A DNA stretch of 64,000 nucleotides from the human T2T-CHM13v2.0 reference genome, Homo sapiens (GCF_009914755.1 NC_060931.1); one strand, 5' to 3'. Shown: positions 31,715 to 45,600, counted from the first letter of the stretch. The notes: generated by a model not told the origin, from the sequence alone. Translations and numbers: made by a program.

Positions 31715-33624
31715 TATACTACTTAAATCTCTTGCTGAAAAATTTGTTACAAGTATCTTCTCCAACTTCCTGGATGTCCTTTCACTCTGTTAAGAGTTTA
31801 GAGAGAAGTTTTTCATTTGAACATAGTTTAATTTCGTTTAAGTTATCATTTTTTTCTTATCATTGGTGCTTTCTGACCCCTTTTCAGAAAGCTTGTCTAC
31901 TCTATCCTCACAAAGACACTCCCATCTTTTTCCTTTATTGTTTTTCTTCATATTAAGATCTTCAGTTCGTGTGTGTGTGTTTGTGTGTGTGTGTATTTTA
32001 AGAGGGTAAAATAAAGATCCAGATACATACTCTTTCACAGATGACTATACAATTGAGCCACTAACATATGTTGAAGTTCTATTTTTTTACAACTACACCG
32101 TAGTGTCACCTTTGGCGTAAATCAACTATGTATATGTGCATCTGTTCCTCTACTTTATTCTGGGTACTTGGTCAGTATGACTATTCTTGCACCTACACTG
32201 TCTTAGTAACAGTGGATTATGCTATCTGTTAGTTCAAATCCTTCAGCTTTGTTCTTTAAATAACCTTCTCTATTTTTGTGCTGATGGAATTTCCTTTGTG
32301 ATTATTTTAAATCTGACATCTTTCCATGTTGAATTTTTCAAACTGTAGTCATTGTGTAACCCTCTGTCTTTTTATTTTACTTTTAAAAATTATGCCTCAG
32401 TTGGGAGGTTTTGCACAACTTTTTAAAAAAAGTTTCCAGATATTTTGTGATATTTCAGTACTACTCAAAAGTTTATCTTTTTTGTTATTATAAAATTAAA
32501 ATTTGATTTATTGCTTATTTACTGTGTATCTAGTGGTCTTTTCAAACTGATAAGTTCATTTATAAATTCATTTATAAATTTGTTTGTGGCTACTCGGATT
32601 ATCTTTATTTACAATTCTATGGCATGCCTGATGATAGTTTTATTTATTGCTATGTCTTTGCTGTATGTATTTGCATGTTTTCTTAAATTTATTTTTACCT
32701 TTAGGTCAAGTAAAGGCTGCTTGTGTTTTTTTAAATGGAAGTAGTAGCAGTCATCTTTATCTCCTTCCCAACCTCAGAGAAAAAATATTTCAATAATCCA
32801 TTAGGTATGATATTTGCTGTATTATTAATACTGTTTGTTTCGTAAATACTCTAGTTTAGACTTCTTAAAACAGAAATGTTTATGCTGTGCCTTCTCAATC
32901 ATATGATTTTTCCTCTATTTTTACTTGATGTGCACACTGACTATTGAGCACTTAATGAAATTTGCCTTTCTAGAATAAATCAATGGCATGCTATTTACAT
33001 ATCACTGAAACTAATATACTAATTTATTTGTTAGGATTGTTTGCTAATGTTTATGAAAGAAATTGACCTATCATTTTTCTTTGCGTTTTTTTTGGTCATA
33101 TAAAACAGTTACTGATCATATAAAATTAGATGGTACACATTTATTCCTTTCCTCCTCCCAGGAAATAAGTACGTACAATTGATATTATTTCTTTCTTAGA
33201 ATTTTGTGATAATTCAACAATGAAGTTAATTGAGGTTAGACTTTTCTTCATGAGATTTTTAAACTAGATTCAGCTTCTTTAAAATAGAGAGCTGTTCTAA
33301 GTAATATTTTTCAATAAATTTGTATCTTCCAAATATTTTGCCAATTATTTTGGAGAAAAGTTTTATTCTTTTTCAAAATATACTGTCTTATTTACATATT
33401 TAGACTGTTTAATTTTTCCATTGTTGGCATTGGTGTATACTTTCTTCTATATTTTTTCCTTGATCTGTCTTCCTAGAATTTTATTAATATTATTAGACTT
33501 TTCAAATAAATAATTTGCATTGATGATTTTCTATATTTTGATGTTTGCTTTCTCTTTATCTTCTGTTGTATTTATTCATCTCTTACATCTTTATTTAGGA
33601 TTTATTTTCTGTTCCTTTTCTAGA

Positions 33625-34670
33625 AAAGTGAGCTACCATCATTATGCTTTCTGTTACTATGAGTTTGACTATTTTAAATACCTTATATAAGTGAAGCCAT
33701 GTAGTATTTGTCCTTCTGTGACTAACTGATTTTACATAGCATAATGTCACCTATGTTCATTTGTATTGTCAAAAAATCGTAGGATCTTTTCCCTATTAAG
33801 ACTGAATGATATTCCATTGTTCATATATACCACATGTGCTTTGTCAATTCGCCTATCAATGGTCATATACCTGGTTTCTACCTCTTGGCTATTGTGAATA
33901 ATGCTGCAATAAAAAATGGGAGGTGCACATAGCTCTTTGAGATTCCCATTTTAATCATTTTGGATATGTACCTAGAAATGAGATTGCTGCATCATATGGT
34001 AAGTCTTTTCTTAATTAATGAGGACCCTCCCTATTTTTTTCATAGTGGTTGCACTATTATACATTCCCACCAAAAGTGTATAAGGGTTTTATTCTCCCCA
34101 CATCCTTACCATCAAGTATCTTGTTTTCATTTGATGACAGCCATCCTGAGAGGTATGAGGTGATATTCATGGTAGTTTTGATATAGCTTTCTCTGACAGT
34201 TAGGTTGAGCACCCATTCATATAACTGGTGGCCATTTGTGTGTCTTCATTGGAAAAATGTCTGTTTCAGCCCTTTATCCATTTCTAATAGACAATTTATG
34301 GCTTGAATGTATTTTCTCCTACTTAGTAAGTTGCCTTTTTACTCTGCTGATTCTTTTGCTGTGCAGAAGCTTTTTAGTTTGATGTAGCCCACTTGTCTAT
34401 TTTTGCTTTTGTTGTCTATGCTTTTGGTGTCAAAACCAAGAAATCATTGCCAAGACCAATGCCAAGATTTTTATTTATGTTTTCTTCAAAGAGTTTACAG
34501 TTTCAGGTCTTACACTTAAATCTTTAATGCATTTTTAGTTTATCTTGGTGTATGGAGTAAAATGGGAGTCTAATTTCATTCTTACTCATACCCAGTTTTA
34601 CCAACACCAATTGTTTAAGAGACTACCATTTTACAATTGTGTGTTTTTGACACCCTTGTCAAAGATCAGA
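33625..34670 (-). mobile_element. L1MA/L1MB-type 3' segment
   Basis: Antisense ORF2 C-terminal motifs (TTTGCTGTGCAGAAGCTTTTTAGTTTGATGTAG). Confidence 0.85.
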
Positions 34671-34705
34671 AAGTTAGTTTCATCATGTTTTGTCACATCA
34701 CATAC

Positions 34706-34863
34706 CAAATTTGTAAGGTATCTAAATGCAACTAAAAGTAATGTTAAAAAACTGTTGTTGGCTCTCACATGGCATTCTCGCACTGACTAATTTTTCTGCA
34801 TTGGCATTATTTTAATGATGCAGACATTTTTTGGGCAAATTAATATACATTCTTCTATCCATA
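34706..34863 (-). pseudogene. Decayed EGF exon
   Basis: QCRKISQCENAM*E (34762-34800), TFSCI*IPYKFG ending at the phase-1 donor G|GTATGT (34700-34705). Confidence 0.7.
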
Positions 34864-35109
34864 CTGAATTTATTTAAAAACATATTTTTCCTGTACTATT
34901 TTCAATGAGCCATGTTGAATAAAATAAATTTATTTTAAATCTTTATTTTCTAAATATTTAATTTAGTTTAATTTAATTTCAATACAAAAAACATATTTTA
35001 CATGGGATTAACTCATGTTTTAGATTAATTTGAGATTTTAAATATTTTGTTAAGTTTTGATGTGATATCAGAGGACTGTCCTATTTTAGCTTAATAATGT
35101 AATAATCTG

Positions 35110-36032
35110 TCATGTATATATTCATAAGTCCCCTTGGTAAACAAGGGAAGTTCTCAGTATTTTGTAGATTCTCTGAGATAAGCAAGATGGGAGAAGAATC
35201 TGAGAGATTCAGACTCCTAATGCTGAGAATCTTGGCCATAGATACATCTACTCAAAGAGGGGATGGAGAAGAAGAAAGGAAACATGAAGCAGAGACCTTA
35301 GACTATCCATAGTGTTACATAATGCATTGTGTTGGTGATGCAGGCACATGCAGGATCCAATTATCTACCTAGCAATGACTCAATGACTAGGCTATGCAAG
35401 ATGAGAGATTATCAGTAAGTGGGTGCTTTCTGGTGGTTCTTTGTTGTATCCTGACAATTTTCTTCTAAAGTTCTCCTTACTGTGATATATATTTGCCTAT
35501 TTCTGTACTCACAGTGATTTAAATGCTAGCCTTATAGCTTCAGTCAACATTATTTATATAAAAAATATTGCTCTGAGGGTTACTTTGTTAAATTGCTTAA
35601 GTTGTGCATATGTTTAGCTTCCTTCAAGTCTCAGAATGGCAGAAGTAGTCTCTTATTTTTAGAGACTCTCAAGGACTAACTTTGTCATATACATTCTTGA
35701 TTTATTTAGATAAACTTCAGTTCACTGACTCTTCTTTAAGATTTGAGGGATCATTCAAAAGTTAAATGACTGCAGAAACTAATAAATTAAGAAGAGAACT
35801 GATGTGGATATTAAACTCTTCATTGTTTAATATTAAACTATTTATTGTTTAATAAAGAGTTTAAATTATGGAAAAGACAGAGTATTTTCCTTTTGTTCTG
35901 CAAGCCAGTATTGCTCTGGGTGCATTTTTTTCCCCAAGGATTTTATGTAACAAATTGGCAACTGTTTTGTTTTGTTTGTTTTGTTTTTCTCTGTGATCAG
36001 GCAACAAAAGTAATTTGGAATATTTGTGCATC
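35110..36032 (-). pseudogene. Large decayed multi-EGF exon
   Basis: Acceptor CTCCCTTTCCTTTCAAAG| then CTNIPNYFCC; NPWGKKCTQSNTG; KVSP*ES..DYFCH; NHCEY; SCMCLHHQHNALCN (exact CxCx8C, 35317-35352); SRCIYG. Confidence 0.7.
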
Positions 36033-36224
36033 CTTTGAAAGGAAAGGGAGGACAACAAAATGTTGCTATATAGTATGACCATTCAAATTTTTAAAAAGCT
36101 AAGTTTAGGGAAAAATATATTGTAAATGATTATAAAATGAAAGAATGCACTTTTTGTTAATAAATAAAATGGAAACCTTAATTTAATAACAAAAATACCT
36201 AAAATATATTATGACATTTGTCTT

Positions 36225-36400
36225 CCTCACTCTGGAGGACACTTGGCCTTTTCTCTCTTATTATATGTTGACTAATTCGCTCAGAATCAGACTGAAAAAT
36301 TACTTTTCGCATGAGTTAATTTCCCTAGTGGAATCCAAGGTCATATTTGAAATCAATTTTTCATTACATTATGCTAAGTGTTGATACAGCTTATATATCA
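36225..36400 (-). pseudogene. Decayed EGF exon
   Basis: YDLGF, TREINSCEK*F (36303-36326), KCPP near a GTGAGG donor-like site. Confidence 0.55.
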
Positions 36401-36819
36401 CACTTTCATTCAAATATTTTCTTTACCTTTATGCATATATAATTGCCACATATTCATACTTTTTATAGTAGGGTATTTAACTTTTTCCCAAATATACATA
36501 TATAGGGATCAAAGATACAAAGTATAAATTTATGACAATCTAGAATAGCACTAGTTACTTATATAAATCCAGGTAGTTCTTAAGTAGAGCTTTTGGCAAT
36601 AATTTTGGTTTATTATCAGAACATAACTTTAGTTCAAGTCTCTATTTCTATGGTTGTTATCAGATATGTGTTTATTATTGGGGAACTTTCATAATCAACT
36701 TTCTTAATTTATTCAATTTAAACTTAGAGAAAAATAATTAGAGACATAGAATATAAAGGTGAGAGGAGTTTCTTTGTAATGTAAGTGTTGTAAGTTTATT
36801 TTTAATGTAAGTGAAGGTT

Positions 36820-37520
36820 TATTGTTTTATAATAGACTTTATTTTTAAAGCAGCTTTATATTTACATAAGAATGGATGAGACAGTTTCCATATAGAAAAT
36901 GCCCAAATAGCACATAGTTTCCCCTATTGTTAACATCTTACATTAACAAGATACATTTGTCACAATTAATTAACAAATGTTGATTTGGTATTACTAACAA
37001 TAGCTCACATTTTATTCAGATTTATTTTTTACCTAATGTCGTTTTCTGTTCCAAGATGTAGGCTTTTAAAAAATTTACTTTTTGTACTTACTTTGTATTA
37101 AAGTATTTCAATCTCATCATGTATAGTTCCTGCATAAGTCCTAGAACCATCTTTTCTCCAAAGATCCCTTTATTAGATCTTTATTAGATAATCATATTAA
37201 CAACCAAGATTTTACACTAAGTGTGCTCATTGCCACTGAAGACTTACTCACTTACACAGCATATATACATATACATGCTGTATAAATATATATGCGTATA
37301 GTAATCCATGTATTTACATATTTATAAATATTTCTATATGTAACCATCTTTAATTTTATTATCCTAACCATGATTTCTTACTAATGTCTCAACTCTAAGC
37401 CATTAATAAATGTATCATTCTAGCCTCTTCCCCTTGATTATCTATAAATTTCCTGTCCAACAATGAGAAACCTGATTTCACCATGCATTATCCATTGACT
37501 TGATTATTCCTAATGGTATT
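36820..37520 (-). mobile_element. L1MC-type 3' end
   Basis: ATAGACTTTATTTTT..AGCAG..GTTTCCCCTATTGTTAACATCTTACATTA motif. Confidence 0.7.
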
Positions 37521-38319
37521 AAATGTGTTTAATATCATCTGATAATTTTAATTTTTTCCTAACATAATATAAACATTTTATTCTGAGACTATATGTTTTA
37601 CTACTTAATCTTTTAAGCTGTTTTTCACTTCTTATCTTTTGCCCTATTAAATTTAAGGACTCAGCCTGACTCATACATATATTGTTCAAGTCTCTATTCT
37701 TTTTGACGTTATTTTCTAAAATTCTTTGTGTACACATTGAACTGCATCAGGTGATCTCTTACAATCAGTATGTATTTTAATATAATAGGACTTGGAGTAA
37801 AACACTTTGCAGACCTTTGAGCAATTTACAATAATTCTACTATCTCATATACATTTTAGGTGTATATGTGAGAATGTGTATGTGTTTGTGCTATCATCTA
37901 ACATCCATGTTTGTAAGCCTCTGCTTATACATTAAAACTCACTAGATATGATAACAACTCTTTGAAATTCAAAGAAAAATCTATCAAATACCTAATACAG
38001 GTTTGTTTAACATGACTTTATGTAAAATATATTGAGAAGAGGTAACTGATGGCATATTTTTCTTTGAGAAAATGACTCTTTTTATTGCTCATTTTATCAT
38101 ATACTTTCAGGGATAAGTTATATTGAAAAATAGATTCTGCCTATTTTGATTAGGCAACACTATAATGCATTGTAGATTTTATACATGTCAGATGATTTCT
38201 TATTTGAAGATGATAAATATGATCAATGATAGTAAAACAGGTGTTTAATCTTATTTTTTCAGTAGTAGGTAGAACTTCCTTTAGCTCCATTCATGCTTCA
38301 TTGACCAGTAAGGGGATAT

Positions 38320-38794
38320 TCACAAAGACTCTTGGCTTGATCAAACTTCAGTCATACTCCTGAATTTTCTCTTAGGCCCATCTCTGCACCTCCTTGTAAA
38401 ATTTAGTTTGAAGAAGAACACTGCCAGGTCACTTTGGCAAGAACTTCCCAACATTTGATATCTGATCATCCTGCGTATCTGATCAAGCTTCTTATCCTTC
38501 AGTATCCCTCAGATGATGTCTCATGACTGTGGCTTGCCTTCAATACAAATCCTATTAGGTCGGTTCAGCTAGAATCCCACTAACTCTTAAGGTTCATGCT
38601 TAGTAATTTTCCATGCACTGACATCCCTTACCACCCCCTGCTCCTTGATTGTAAATTTCCAGTTGTGTATGCTGTATTCTGAGTTGAACCCAATCTCTCC
38701 TCTACTGCAAAATCCGATACTATGCAGTAGTCCTGATTAAAATTTACCTTACTATTTGCTTTAACGAGTGTCATTGAATAATTTTTCTTTAACA
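38320..38794 (+). mobile_element. MER31-like ERV1 solo LTR
   Basis: T(C)ACAAAGACTC..GATCAAACTT.AGTCA ... TTTTTCTTTAACA; 4-bp TSD-like ATAT/GTAT. Confidence 0.8.
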
Positions 38795-39309
38795 GTATGA
38801 AAAGCCTGATCATGGAATTGATTTGTAATCTATGACCAAAAACTAGTGAAACTCTTACCAGCGCTTCAGGAAAAGCAGACCCATTTAGCTAACGTCAATA
38901 CCAAAGTAGATATTTCAATTGTGACTTATTTTGCATAGCTTCACACTTTCTTATTGCTGCATATTTTAAATTGTAAAAGTTATTGATACTATTAAAATAT
39001 TTTGGAATAATACTAATAATTGTAAGATTAATATACTAATACTAATAATACTAATATTTGTAAGATTAATATAATTGACAGATCCATGGGCTAGTATATT
39101 TTGGTCACATTGATATACATTAGAATTGCCAAGTTTTCTATAGCTATTATTTATCACAAAATTACCCTCTTATTCTTTGTAGTCTGAACTGAGTTTGACC
39201 AGTTGGTTTAAATGGAGGCTGTTTTTTGAGAATGAGTCTGCTTATTGGGGTTCTACTATGTCTTTTTGAATAAATTAATATATCTAAGACATATGGAATT
39301 TATGTTCTT

Positions 39310-39500
39310 TTGTACTAGTTTACGTATTATTCATATATTGACACATCTAATCTTCACAAGAACTCAAGGAGTTTGGTTTGATTATTTTATAGGTGAAGAT
39401 AGTGAATAATAGAAAGAGCTTTAAAATTACTTAAGATTGCACAGCTAGACAGTGGCAAACAAAATTTGACCTTACCTTGGACCTAAATATGAATTCTCTA
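39310..39500 (-). mobile_element. MIR
   Basis: TAATCTTCACAA..ATTTTATAGGTGAAGA..AAGATTGCACAGCTAG..AGTGGCA. Confidence 0.65.
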
Positions 39501-39699
39501 CTTAGGCACTATATTTGCTATGTGTCACCTGAAATATGATCTCTTACCTTCTGGTCTATTTCATTTGAAGGATAACAAGAACTTAAAAAAAAACTGTGAA
39601 GTAATATTAGTAGATAAACCTGGATTTTTAGAATTTTCTCCTATGGAAAGGTGGTAGTGTTGGTATTAATTTAACAGCAAAATTTAGGTATTTCACCTT

Positions 39700-39950
39700 C
39701 ACCTTGTTGGTGCCTTTACAAAATACTTGGCTCTCAAAATATTAATGCTCCTGAAGCTCAAAGCTATTGGTAGTTAATTTGATTATGCAAACTTAAAAAC
39801 AAATATAAGTAGGATAAAGTTTTGGTGCCAAACAAAACTGAATTTTCATAGACTTCACTGGTGGGAGACAGAAAATCTTCTTCGTTCTAAGTTCTCGTGG
39901 CATAGGCTTCTGGGCATATGTTTTGACTGAGGATAAACAACACGATTTAA
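39700..39950 (-). pseudogene. Decayed EGF exon
   Basis: Acceptor TTTCTATTTAG|; IKSCC, SLCHENLERRRF (SLCHE at 39894-39908), FCLPP..QFCL, VCI..NSFE. Confidence 0.55.
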
Positions 39951-40059
39951 TCTAAATAGAAAATTAAGATATATTTAGCTAAGAGAGCTTTCATTGATTG
40001 TATGTGTTACATTGTACCGTGACCGAAATACTGTTTTGGTTCAGTTTTATATTTCAATA

Positions 40060-40820
40060 TATTTATTTTTTTGAATAATATGATATTTATGGAAAAGTTT
40101 CAAAGACAGTTCAGAATTACTGTACACATCTTGCCTAGTTTCCTCTATTATTAACAACTTGCATATCTGTGGCACAGTTATCAAAACTAAGAAACTAATA
40201 CTGGTGCACTATTGATTAACCATGCTCCAAGATTTATTTGAGTTTTATTACTAATTACTTTTCCATTATTGCACTGTTTCTTCTCCAAAATGCAGTCTAC
40301 AGTATTAGATTTATTTGCATTTAGTTACTGTGTCTCTCCAGTCTCCTGTGGTTTGTGACAGTTTCTCAGTTCTGTCCTTTTTATTTTTCCTTTTACTTTG
40401 ATAGTCTTGGGGTAAAATGGCCAAGTATCCTGTAGAATGCCTCAATCTGAGTTTCTTCAATGTTTTATTTGTTTGCTTATTTGTTTTTTTATAATTAGAT
40501 GGGAGTTATGAGGTCTTGGACAGAATACCACATAGGTGATGTAATCTTACCATGGCCTATTATAGTATCTACTTGATGGCCCCAGTAGTGTTTCATCACC
40601 TGGTTAAAAATAGTGCTTGCTAGGTATTTCTTCTTTAAGTTGCTATTTGTTGCTTTTCTAGCCTTCTCTTTGGAAGTGAATCATTAAGTTTACTCTAACA
40701 TCAAAAGTGGAGAGTGGGGAGATAGGAATTGTGTACTACCTTGTGGAATAAGAAATATCTGCTTATATTATTTGGAATTATTTTGTAAGAAAGATTTATC
40801 TCTTCTTTGCCATTCATTTA
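40060..40820 (-). mobile_element. L1MC-type 3' end
   Basis: TTATCAAAACTAAGAAACTAA..GTGACAGTTTCTCAG..TGTAGAATG motifs. Confidence 0.65.
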
Positions 40821-41193
40821 CCAAAGTATTCTTTAAACACACAAATAAATTCATTTTTAAACCATCATGTTAGCAATTATTTCTATCACTTGTTGCATTG
40901 GTTTCTCAATTTAATTAACTGAATTAAAAACAAATAATTGTGAGCATTATTGCTTTTCTTATATGATATATACCTTAAGAACATTACACTATCATTGTAA
41001 AATTGCCATTTGAAATTTTCCCTGTAATTTATTTTGAGAGTGGTAAGTGATAATAAAAATTCAGTGAAAAGACAATTATAAAACACACAAATAGTATACC
41101 TAAAATACATATGACTGAACATACACTTATGTACACATAACATTACAATAAAGATGTGCATTTTCAGATGAGTTCTGCAGTGCTGATGCTTAC

Positions 41194-41296
41194 AGATACC
41201 CTAATCTCCCCAGGTGGGAAATGTCTGCTTTGTATTGCTTCTGATACTACCAAGGTAGAGTGGTGGTAAAATAAATGCTGCTAGAAAATTCAATGA
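41194..41296 (-). pseudogene. Decayed single EGF exon
   Basis: Acceptor TTTGTTTGTTTACAG|, IEFSSSIYF/HHSTLV..RHFPPG, donor GTAAGC (41188-41193). Confidence 0.55.
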
Positions 41297-41569
41297 CTGT
41301 AAACAAACAAACAAAACACCAGAATAAGTCTGGATTTGCTTTATTTTGCCCATGATTTTTGTTTAAACACTGTATACAGAGTTCTTTCATTTAAGGATGT
41401 TTAAGCTCTATCATATTTGAGAAAGCCACTTAAGTTAAACTGATAAAAATGAAATTACTGTCTCAAAGGCACTGATGCAAGTTTAACTAGTATATTTCTG
41501 GTTTCTGATTGCCTTCAGTATAGGGTTTTAAGAAATGATAATAAGTGGATATTATTAAGACTGACTCAC

Positions 41570-41689
41570 CTGGTTCAAATTTAACCCTAGTTCTGAGTTA
41601 TGCTTTGAAAAAATTATTCATTTGTATGTTTTCTTACATAGTTGGAACATATATGACTTTCTGCTATATTCAGTCTTTAGATTTGTTAA
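41570..41689 (-). pseudogene. Decayed 120-bp phase 1-1 EGF exon
   Basis: Acceptor TTTAGTCTCCTTTCTAG|, donor CAG|GTGAGT (41564-41569); reads xNKSKD*I*QKVIYVP...RVKFEP, which fits NxCx4CQxxxCVP...GxxCEx with mutated Cys codons. Confidence 0.6.
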
Positions 41690-41832
41690 CTAGAAAGGAG
41701 ACTAAATAAATTTCTTATAAAGAATCAGTTTTAACAAATTCTTCATTAAATAGATAAAGAATAAAAACTTTCCCTAAAATTTCAGAGATTAATTGTGAAG
41801 TAAGACTTTTACCCGGTGGCCCTTATAAAGAC

Positions 41833-44800
41833 AAAGCTGATTCAATTCAGTGCTCTTGTCTGAACACAGAAGGATGCACTTCTATTGGTGATGATACCAA
41901 ATTATTTGGTCTTCAGATATAGTCACATATTAAAATATTTTTAAACATAAAGATACATAAGTATTAAAGATAAGACTATAAAAGTAAAATTTTTGAAAAT
42001 TAATTATATAAATGTATTTTTGAATAGACAAAGTCATCTTATTCTAACTTTTAAGTGACTAGAATCCAGATTCAAACTTCTTACTCAGAACTTAACTAAT
42101 ATTTCATCTAATCCTCCCATTTTGCAGATAGGAAGTGCACTGAGAAATATTAAATTAATAACCTCAGCTCACCTAAGCTCAGTTCACAAAATACAGTTTT
42201 ACTTAGTTGAGTTTTAACTTTGGTTCACAGTCCTAAGTTTAATTCTGTGATAGTCTCTATTTGTCAGCCCTAACATGTGAAATATCTAGGTAGGGTATAG
42301 ATTGTACAAGCAATTTTACAGAGTAATTTATGTGATGAGTCATGGGGTTACTGAAACAGTCAGGAATTATAAGACTGCTGCTACATAGAGAGAATCAATT
42401 AAAAACAAAAAGGAAGCAAAGCAATGTGAGATAAACAGAGTAGATGTGTATGACATTCTTAAAAGCATCTGTTTTAAGATGTCCTGCTGGTAGGAGAAAA
42501 ATTAAATTAGATTCAAATATAATTGTGACATATTTTAGAATATGAAATGTCATTCTGTTTGTCAGGCAGGCTTGTGTTACTTGGATTCACAGCAATTATT
42601 ATTTTTTTAATTCAAGAGTGATCTAACAAATAGTCTGTCTTACCCCTAATACCAATGCTGAAATTTTAAATACTAGGTAGAAAATATTAATCTTCATGAA
42701 GGTGTTTATATCCTTGGAATGGAAAATTTTTCTCTCCATGGACAAACTGTTGATTGTTTTTCTCTCCTATCTTTGGAGAAATGGGAGATTTAAATTTACT
42801 TTTATAACCATGTTTTTTCAAATGTATCTACTTTCTAAGGAAAAGATAATAGAAGAAACTGGGATTTTGGAAATAAATACAATAAAAGACCCATCAACTA
42901 AAGAGTGAATTATTAGTAATGTGCATTTGAAATGCTGCATCATGTTTATTTGAAAAGTAAATGATTCTGTCATATCAGCTCATCTGAAAAACTGACAAAA
43001 ATATATCCAAAGTAAGCCTATGTAAATATATTTATAAAATTTATAATGGAAATGTATAAATATACTTATGATATTTATAATGGAAATATTTAATTCACAT
43101 AATAATATAAATATGATTTAATTAAAATATTTCATAGTTGATAAAATATTTTAGGCTTTTAAATTTTACTTTGAACCAGTATAAATAGCTATCTTTTTAA
43201 CATTTAAAAGGAAAATATCATTAGCTTAGCATTTTACAGGTTTCAAGCTCTACAAGGGGAGAAAAATGAAAACAAAAACAGCATAATTTTGTATTTGGAA
43301 GTGCAATGATTAGTACATAAATTATAATTATAAAATAATTAGGTTGTATTACATCATATTATTGAAAGAAGGCTTCTAAACCAGCCTGATTAATGATGGC
43401 TTCTTTTGTTTTAACAGTAACACATTTTCAAATCTATAGAAAATAAAATATTTAACATCTTACCATCTAATTAACATGCTCATCTTTAATATTTTGGAGA
43501 CCTCTCACTTGTATTATAACAAACAGTGAAATCTAAGTGTCCAAAGTGAACCTTTTCATGTTGGTAGCTTTGCAACTGTTACATAACACTAATGCTGATG
43601 GCACTTTGCCATCTGACCATCAGTTTTACTTTGGGAACAATGTAGTGATGGTACTGTTGTCATGAGAGCCTTTCATTTAGTATTTTATAATTTTATGCTT
43701 ATATTTTGTCCATACTAATGTATTTAAAATAATTTTAAAACTTTAATATTGTAAAAATTTGGAGGATTTGTGTGTGTGTATGAGTGCAAGAATTTGATAT
43801 TATGTCAAAAATTGTACAGTCATCCCTGAAGTAGATGTCAATATTAAGAGCTGAGTAAATTATTTCATAATATAGACTTACTGATAAAAGACAAAGTATT
43901 TCTAATATATGAAAACATGATTATGAATGAAAAAGAGATAAACATAAAACATATGAAGCTTGCTTCTTACTAAGGTATAATAACACTTTTAAAAGAACAA
44001 AAAAGCTGGCAAGACACACAAAGACAGATTTTCTCATTTCCTTCCTTGGCTTTAGGGAGAAAATGTACTGTACAGTGGAACCCTGGCTTTGGCTGGACCC
44101 AAGACCGTATGTTAAATTAATTAATGTAAATTATATTGCTTTTTAAAAAAAGCATATATTCCATTTCCCATCATTTAAACCTCTGAACCCACATATATAC
44201 AGAACATGGACAAAACTACACACTGTTTCCTGCTGCTAATAATAAGCAAATAAAAGATAATCCCTTAGTAGGTAAACTCATCCTTAAACAAATTTAACTC
44301 ATATTAGGTGAGTAAACAGATGGAGCTGGCATAGTGCCTTAAAAGTCAGGAAATTCAGACTTGGTAGAGCTGATGAGGTGGAAAGGCAAGAGTATACCAG
44401 AGCTGAGGATTGTCCGGAGAAAAACTCTTCGTTTCTATCCTCACCTTCAGTAATGATCTTGGATTCTTAATGGAAAGCTTTGAACAAAATCCATATTTTA
44501 TGATGATATATCATGAAAAGAAGAGCCAAATCATAGAATACAAAAGGGACTGTGTTGATTAAACACCTGCAGTACTTAGTATTTATCTTCCTTAACTTTA
44601 CTAGGTTCTGCCTATAAAGCCAGCAAAATGGATTAAAAACAGATTTATGAAGTAGTTGATATTATTACTTTGTAATTTTAACTATAGTGTATCATAAATA
44701 AAATATTAGGTATTTTAAATTTATTTTGGATTTGAAGAAAGCACATATAAAGTTATTAGTGAGCAACCTATTTGGGATTGACTTTTGTTTTAAGATTTCA

Positions 44801-45110
44801 TGTTCTCGGAAACAAAGTGTAAGTGTAAGGCGTTGTTGGTTCTGAGATTGTAAATACAAATAAGGCTCTTCCCTTTATTTGCTTTTATGTCTCTTTATTA
44901 TTCATTCTCTTGAAACAATGATTAAAAGTGAAGTTGTTGGCAAGAAAAGCAGATGGTTTTTACAGCAAATAATTATATTTCCCCATAAAACACATAGAAA
45001 ATGGGGATTTCTTGGACAACCTCATGTATTTGGTTTAAAATATTCCGTTGTCAAATCCATTTTACTCAACTAACAGAATAGGATTTGTGTTAACACTAAG
45101 ATAACCCTCA
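41833..45110 (-). pseudogene. Further weaker EGF-like exon remnants (~41833-41930, ~42520-42620, ~43464-43670, ~44790-45110)
   Basis: ASFCVQ..SFVF..TG|GTAAAA; NCCES..KP/CL; KCHQH*CY with donor GTAAGA at 43458-43463; ANNFTFNHC. Each is weak on its own. Confidence 0.35.
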
Positions 45111-45210
45111 TTCCTTTTCTCATTCTTCATGTCCACAATTAGCAAATGCCTTTTTAATATGAGAAAATCAAAGAAGTAAGAAAAAGTACTTGAGATAAAA
45201 ATGTTGGTAT

Positions 45211-45600
45211 TGTTATGGGATCTTTGGGTGTTGCTTTTCTGGCCAGAAACCTCTGTGGCCGACGGTGCCTTTTCCCGAGTTCTTGTCCTCCACCCAGGAA
45301 GAATGAGGTACGCAGACAAGTGGAGGGAAAGGAAGATGAAGAGGAGCTTTGCTGAGTGTTAGAAAAGCTCAGAGGAGACCTGCAGGTGGGTAGCTCCTCT
45401 CTATAGGCAAGTCATCCCTTCAAGTGTTCAGCTCTCAGCAGAGAGGAGGCCCTGGAGAGGCAGGAAGCCCTGCCAGTTTTCCACGGGCCAGCCTGTAAAA
45501 GGCACCACAGTCCCTATTCCAGTCTGTGTTACTGGCAGCCTGGTCCCTAGCTTTCAGGCCCTCCCTGGACTGAAGGTGGGGCCTCACTGGAGACCCATCC
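45211..45600 (-). mobile_element. MER52A/C-like ERV1 LTR, only the 3' end retained
   Basis: TGTTATGGGATCTTTGGG..GAAACCTCTGTGGCC..CCAGGAAGAATGAGGTACGCAGACAAGTGGAGG; truncated and flanked by a ~60-bp direct repeat. Confidence 0.85.

Larger units (their letters stand above)
30690..33620 (-). mobile_element. Ancient L1ME/L1MC-type remnant (3'UTR and ORF2)
   Basis: Antisense motifs such as TTCTGTTGATGGACACTTGGGT and TGGAATTGCTGG; heavily diverged. Confidence 0.6.
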
